A stretch of 64,000 nucleotides of DNA, from the IMG/VR virus record IMGVR_UViG_3300044957_000763, positions 62,001 through 126,000 of that record, one strand, 5' to 3'. Below, one piece after another: positions 61,742 to 64,000 of this stretch. The notes beneath the pieces are model-generated. The model was not told where the DNA came from. It did not search any database and was given only the letters and a program-made list of their open reading frames with translations. Every line of letters starts with the position of its first letter. Position 1 is the stretch's first letter. The position numbers and the translations under genes are program-made.

Positions 61742-64000
61742 ATGTCTCAAGGTAATACTAGTAAGAATTTTGCATTTCAAAGATGGGATGGTTTATATCA
61801 TCCTGCTAAAAATCTGTCTTTGAATATGTCAACTTTTACTACGACACACACTTGGGCCACTGGTACATCAACAAACAATCTACTCACACTTACCACAGAT
61901 GCGTCTGCAAATGGCACAGGGGCACTTCTTTTTGTTGGCACTGGCAACTCATCTACGGTTGTGCCACTTTTGGTAAAATCTGGAGCGACCACAGCACTAA
62001 CTGTCAATGCTTCTGCTCAGGTTTTGGTTAATTCTTTGACATCTGGTCGAGTAACCTATGCTGGCACAAATGGCTTGTTGCAAGACTCAGCGAATATGAC
62101 ATTTGATGGTAACAGGCTGTCTCTTGCTACCACAGGAAATACAGGCGGGTTACTCATTGGAGGGGACGCTAATCTCTACAGAAATGCAGCTAACGAGCTT
62201 GCCACAGATGACACTCTGAATGTCGGAGTGGCGTTGAATGTTATAAGCAATATCACAACGTCCGGTGGATATTTAATAAGCGGCGAAGGCGGTGGCGGTT
62301 TAACTGGTGCTGTTCAACTGCTTGGCGACACATCTGGAGTCGTTACAATTAGACCTCAAGACACCGCTGGTACTTATAATTTCAACTTACCAACTACTGC
62401 TGGTACCTCTGGACATGTTTTGACTTCTGGAGGTGGCGGCTTCACCGCCATGACCTGGACTGACCCAGCTTCGCTTGGTGTTCGATGGAACTCGATTGCT
62501 AATCCAAATGGCAACCAATCCCTTACCATGTCTACTCATACGACGACCTGGAACTGGGCAACTGGTACGTCAACCAATAACTTATTTTCTTTGACAACTG
62601 ACGCCTCTGCCAATGGCACAGGGGTGTTGCTTAACGTTGCAACGGGTGCATCATCAACTGTTGTTCCATTCAGAGTACGCAGAGATACCACAGATTATCT
62701 GACAGTTAACGCCACTGGTGGCGTTTTGATTGGTAACTTGACTTCTGGCCGTGTTACCTATGCTGGTACCAGTGGTTTGCTTCAAGACTCCGCAAACATG
62801 ACATTTGATGGCAATAGGTTGTCACTAGTAACAACAGGTAGTTCTGGTGGATTGTTAATTGGTGGTGACGCTAACCTTTATCGAAGTGCTGCTGATACAC
62901 TAAGAACAGATGATTCATTAGTTGTTTCAACTAATTTGACAGTAAGCACAATGACCATTGGTAGCATACTTTTTGCTGGAACCTCGGGACTTGTAAGTCA
63001 AGATAACACAAATCTGTTCTGGGATGACACTAATAACACGTTTGGTATCGGGGCCACGCGAACTGGCGCGATTTCTAGTACCAATCCAAGTGCAAGAATT
63101 GTTGGAACAGGGGCCACCTCTGCGACATCTTCTTTTGAGGTTCAAACCAATGCGGCAGCTACCATCCTTTTTGTAAGAAATGATAGCAGAATAGGCATTG
63201 GAACAAACTCACCATCATTTGACTTGTCGCTTGGTGGAGCAGTAGCGCGGACAATTGGTGTAAACCGTCGCGGTACTGGTACTGGTCACAATCTTACAGT
63301 TCAAGCCGGGGGTGCTCAGGTGGGAGGAACTGATTTGAGTGGCGGAACACTTATATTAAGCTCCGGCATATCCACAGGGTTGGGTCCTGGTTATGTTGAT
63401 ATTTATGCCATAAACACCTACGGGCTTACAAGTGGCACCACAGACCGCAACGCTGTTTTTCACGCTCGCTTTGGTGAAGGAAAATTCGGCATAGGCACAA
63501 GCACGCTCACCTATGATATCACTCTTGCATCAATCATTAGCGAAGCCCCGTATACATATGTGATTGGCGTACAGACCGCTACTGCTAATAATGGTCACAG
63601 TTTGAATCTTCAGGCCGGTAATGTTACAACCACGGCAGATTTGAATGGTGGAAATCTTATACTAACTGCTGGAAACAGCACTGGTAGCGGTTCGTCAAGT
63701 ATCAGTTTTTACACAGCAACTGCTGGCGGTAGCGGCACAACGGTCAGAACATCAAGTCTTAAGATGACACTGACCGGAGCAGGCCAATTACAAATCTCAA
63801 CAACAGGCAGTTCCGCTGGCATTCTCATCGGTGGAGACGCTCTTCTTTACCGCTCAGCCGCAGACACTCTTCGAACACCTGATTCTCTCGTTATTGATAC
63901 AAACCTAACTGTTTCTGGCACCGCTTCTATTGGTGCCGTCGGCGGCACAACTGGAACAATCAATCTCCTTGGTTCAACGTCTGGAACAGTAAGCGTACTT
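61742..64000 (+). CDS. Modular tail fibre protein (3' partial; absent from the ORF track)
   Basis: ATG 61742 (MSQGNTSKNFAFQRWDG...). The stretches I translated (5' part and 62222-64000) contain no stop, giving 753 codons to the window end; it shares modules with 56944-61407. Confidence 0.85.
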   Translation, partial: MSQGNTSKNFAFQRWDGLYHPAKNLSLNMSTFTTTHTWATGTSTNNLLTLTTDASANGTGALLFVGTGNSSTVVPLLVKSGATTALTVNASAQVLVNSLTSGRVTYAGTNGLLQDSANMTFDGNRLSLATTGNTGGLLIGGDANLYRNAANELATDDTLNVGVALNVISNITTSGGYLISGEGGGGLTGAVQLLGDTSGVVTIRPQDTAGTYNFNLPTTAGTSGHVLTSGGGGFTAMTWTDPASLGVRWNSIANPNGNQSLTMSTHTTTWNWATGTSTNNLFSLTTDASANGTGVLLNVATGASSTVVPFRVRRDTTDYLTVNATGGVLIGNLTSGRVTYAGTSGLLQDSANMTFDGNRLSLVTTGSSGGLLIGGDANLYRSAADTLRTDDSLVVSTNLTVSTMTIGSILFAGTSGLVSQDNTNLFWDDTNNTFGIGATRTGAISSTNPSARIVGTGATSATSSFEVQTNAAATILFVRNDSRIGIGTNSPSFDLSLGGAVARTIGVNRRGTGTGHNLTVQAGGAQVGGTDLSGGTLILSSGISTGLGPGYVDIYAINTYGLTSGTTDRNAVFHARFGEGKFGIGTSTLTYDITLASIISEAPYTYVIGVQTATANNGHSLNLQAGNVTTTADLNGGNLILTAGNSTGSGSSSISFYTATAGGSGTTVRTSSLKMTLTGAGQLQISTTGSSAGILIGGDALLYRSAADTLRTPDSLVIDTNLTVSGTASIGAVGGTTGTINLLGSTSGTVSVL

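Noticed and set aside
57895-63900. Diversity-generating retroelement TR/VR pair among the fibre repeats
   Set aside because: Differences between copies are mostly synonymous and involve all bases rather than adenines only; all copies are in-frame coding; no reverse transcriptase is in the window.
1-64000. CRISPR array, tRNA or rRNA genes
   Set aside because: No repeat-spacer periodicity or cloverleaf was recognised, and intergenic gaps are mostly under 120 nt. This was by eye only, so a tRNAscan run would be definitive.
1-64000. Stop-codon reassignment
   Set aside because: Very long ORFs are intact in code 11, and TAA, TAG and TGA all end well-defined genes.

Overview
The window looks like a 64-kb internal fragment of a large lytic tailed-phage (jumbo-type) genome. 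It is densely coding in standard code 11, with no rRNA, tRNA, integrase or CRISPR array seen. 1-14 kb (+): very large virion or baseplate-type proteins (1241 and 2711 aa) with beta-propeller, PA14, VWA and Ig-like parts. 14-24 kb (+): three unrelated serine proteases (S8, S26, S1), DnaJ, an intein-split UvsW-like helicase, DnaK, RNase HII and a DUF151-like nuclease. 24-39.6 kb (-): two tail-tube-like paralogs, gyrA/gyrB-like topoisomerase genes, a 1808-aa TolB/PD40 multi-propeller protein, PIN-PhoH and a second J-domain protein. 39.6-52.5 kb (mixed): RecD2 helicase, a DUF1289-like gene nested antisense in a longer ORF, a degenerate macrodomain, a PAS-like protein, a nucleotidyltransferase and hypotheticals. 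52.6-64 kb (+): modular tail-fibre genes, the last of which is missing from the ORF track and runs off the window. The most interesting signals are: (1) a phage proteostasis module whose Hsp70 has lost the DnaK-type nucleotide-cleft latch; (2) a -10 hexamer exactly 6 nt before six start codons, suggesting leaderless mRNAs; (3) a class 3 intein in a Walker A motif; (4) a gyrase lacking the GyrA-box; (5) a nested antisense gene; (6) mosaic fibre modules. All family calls come from visual motif recognition; no database searches were run.
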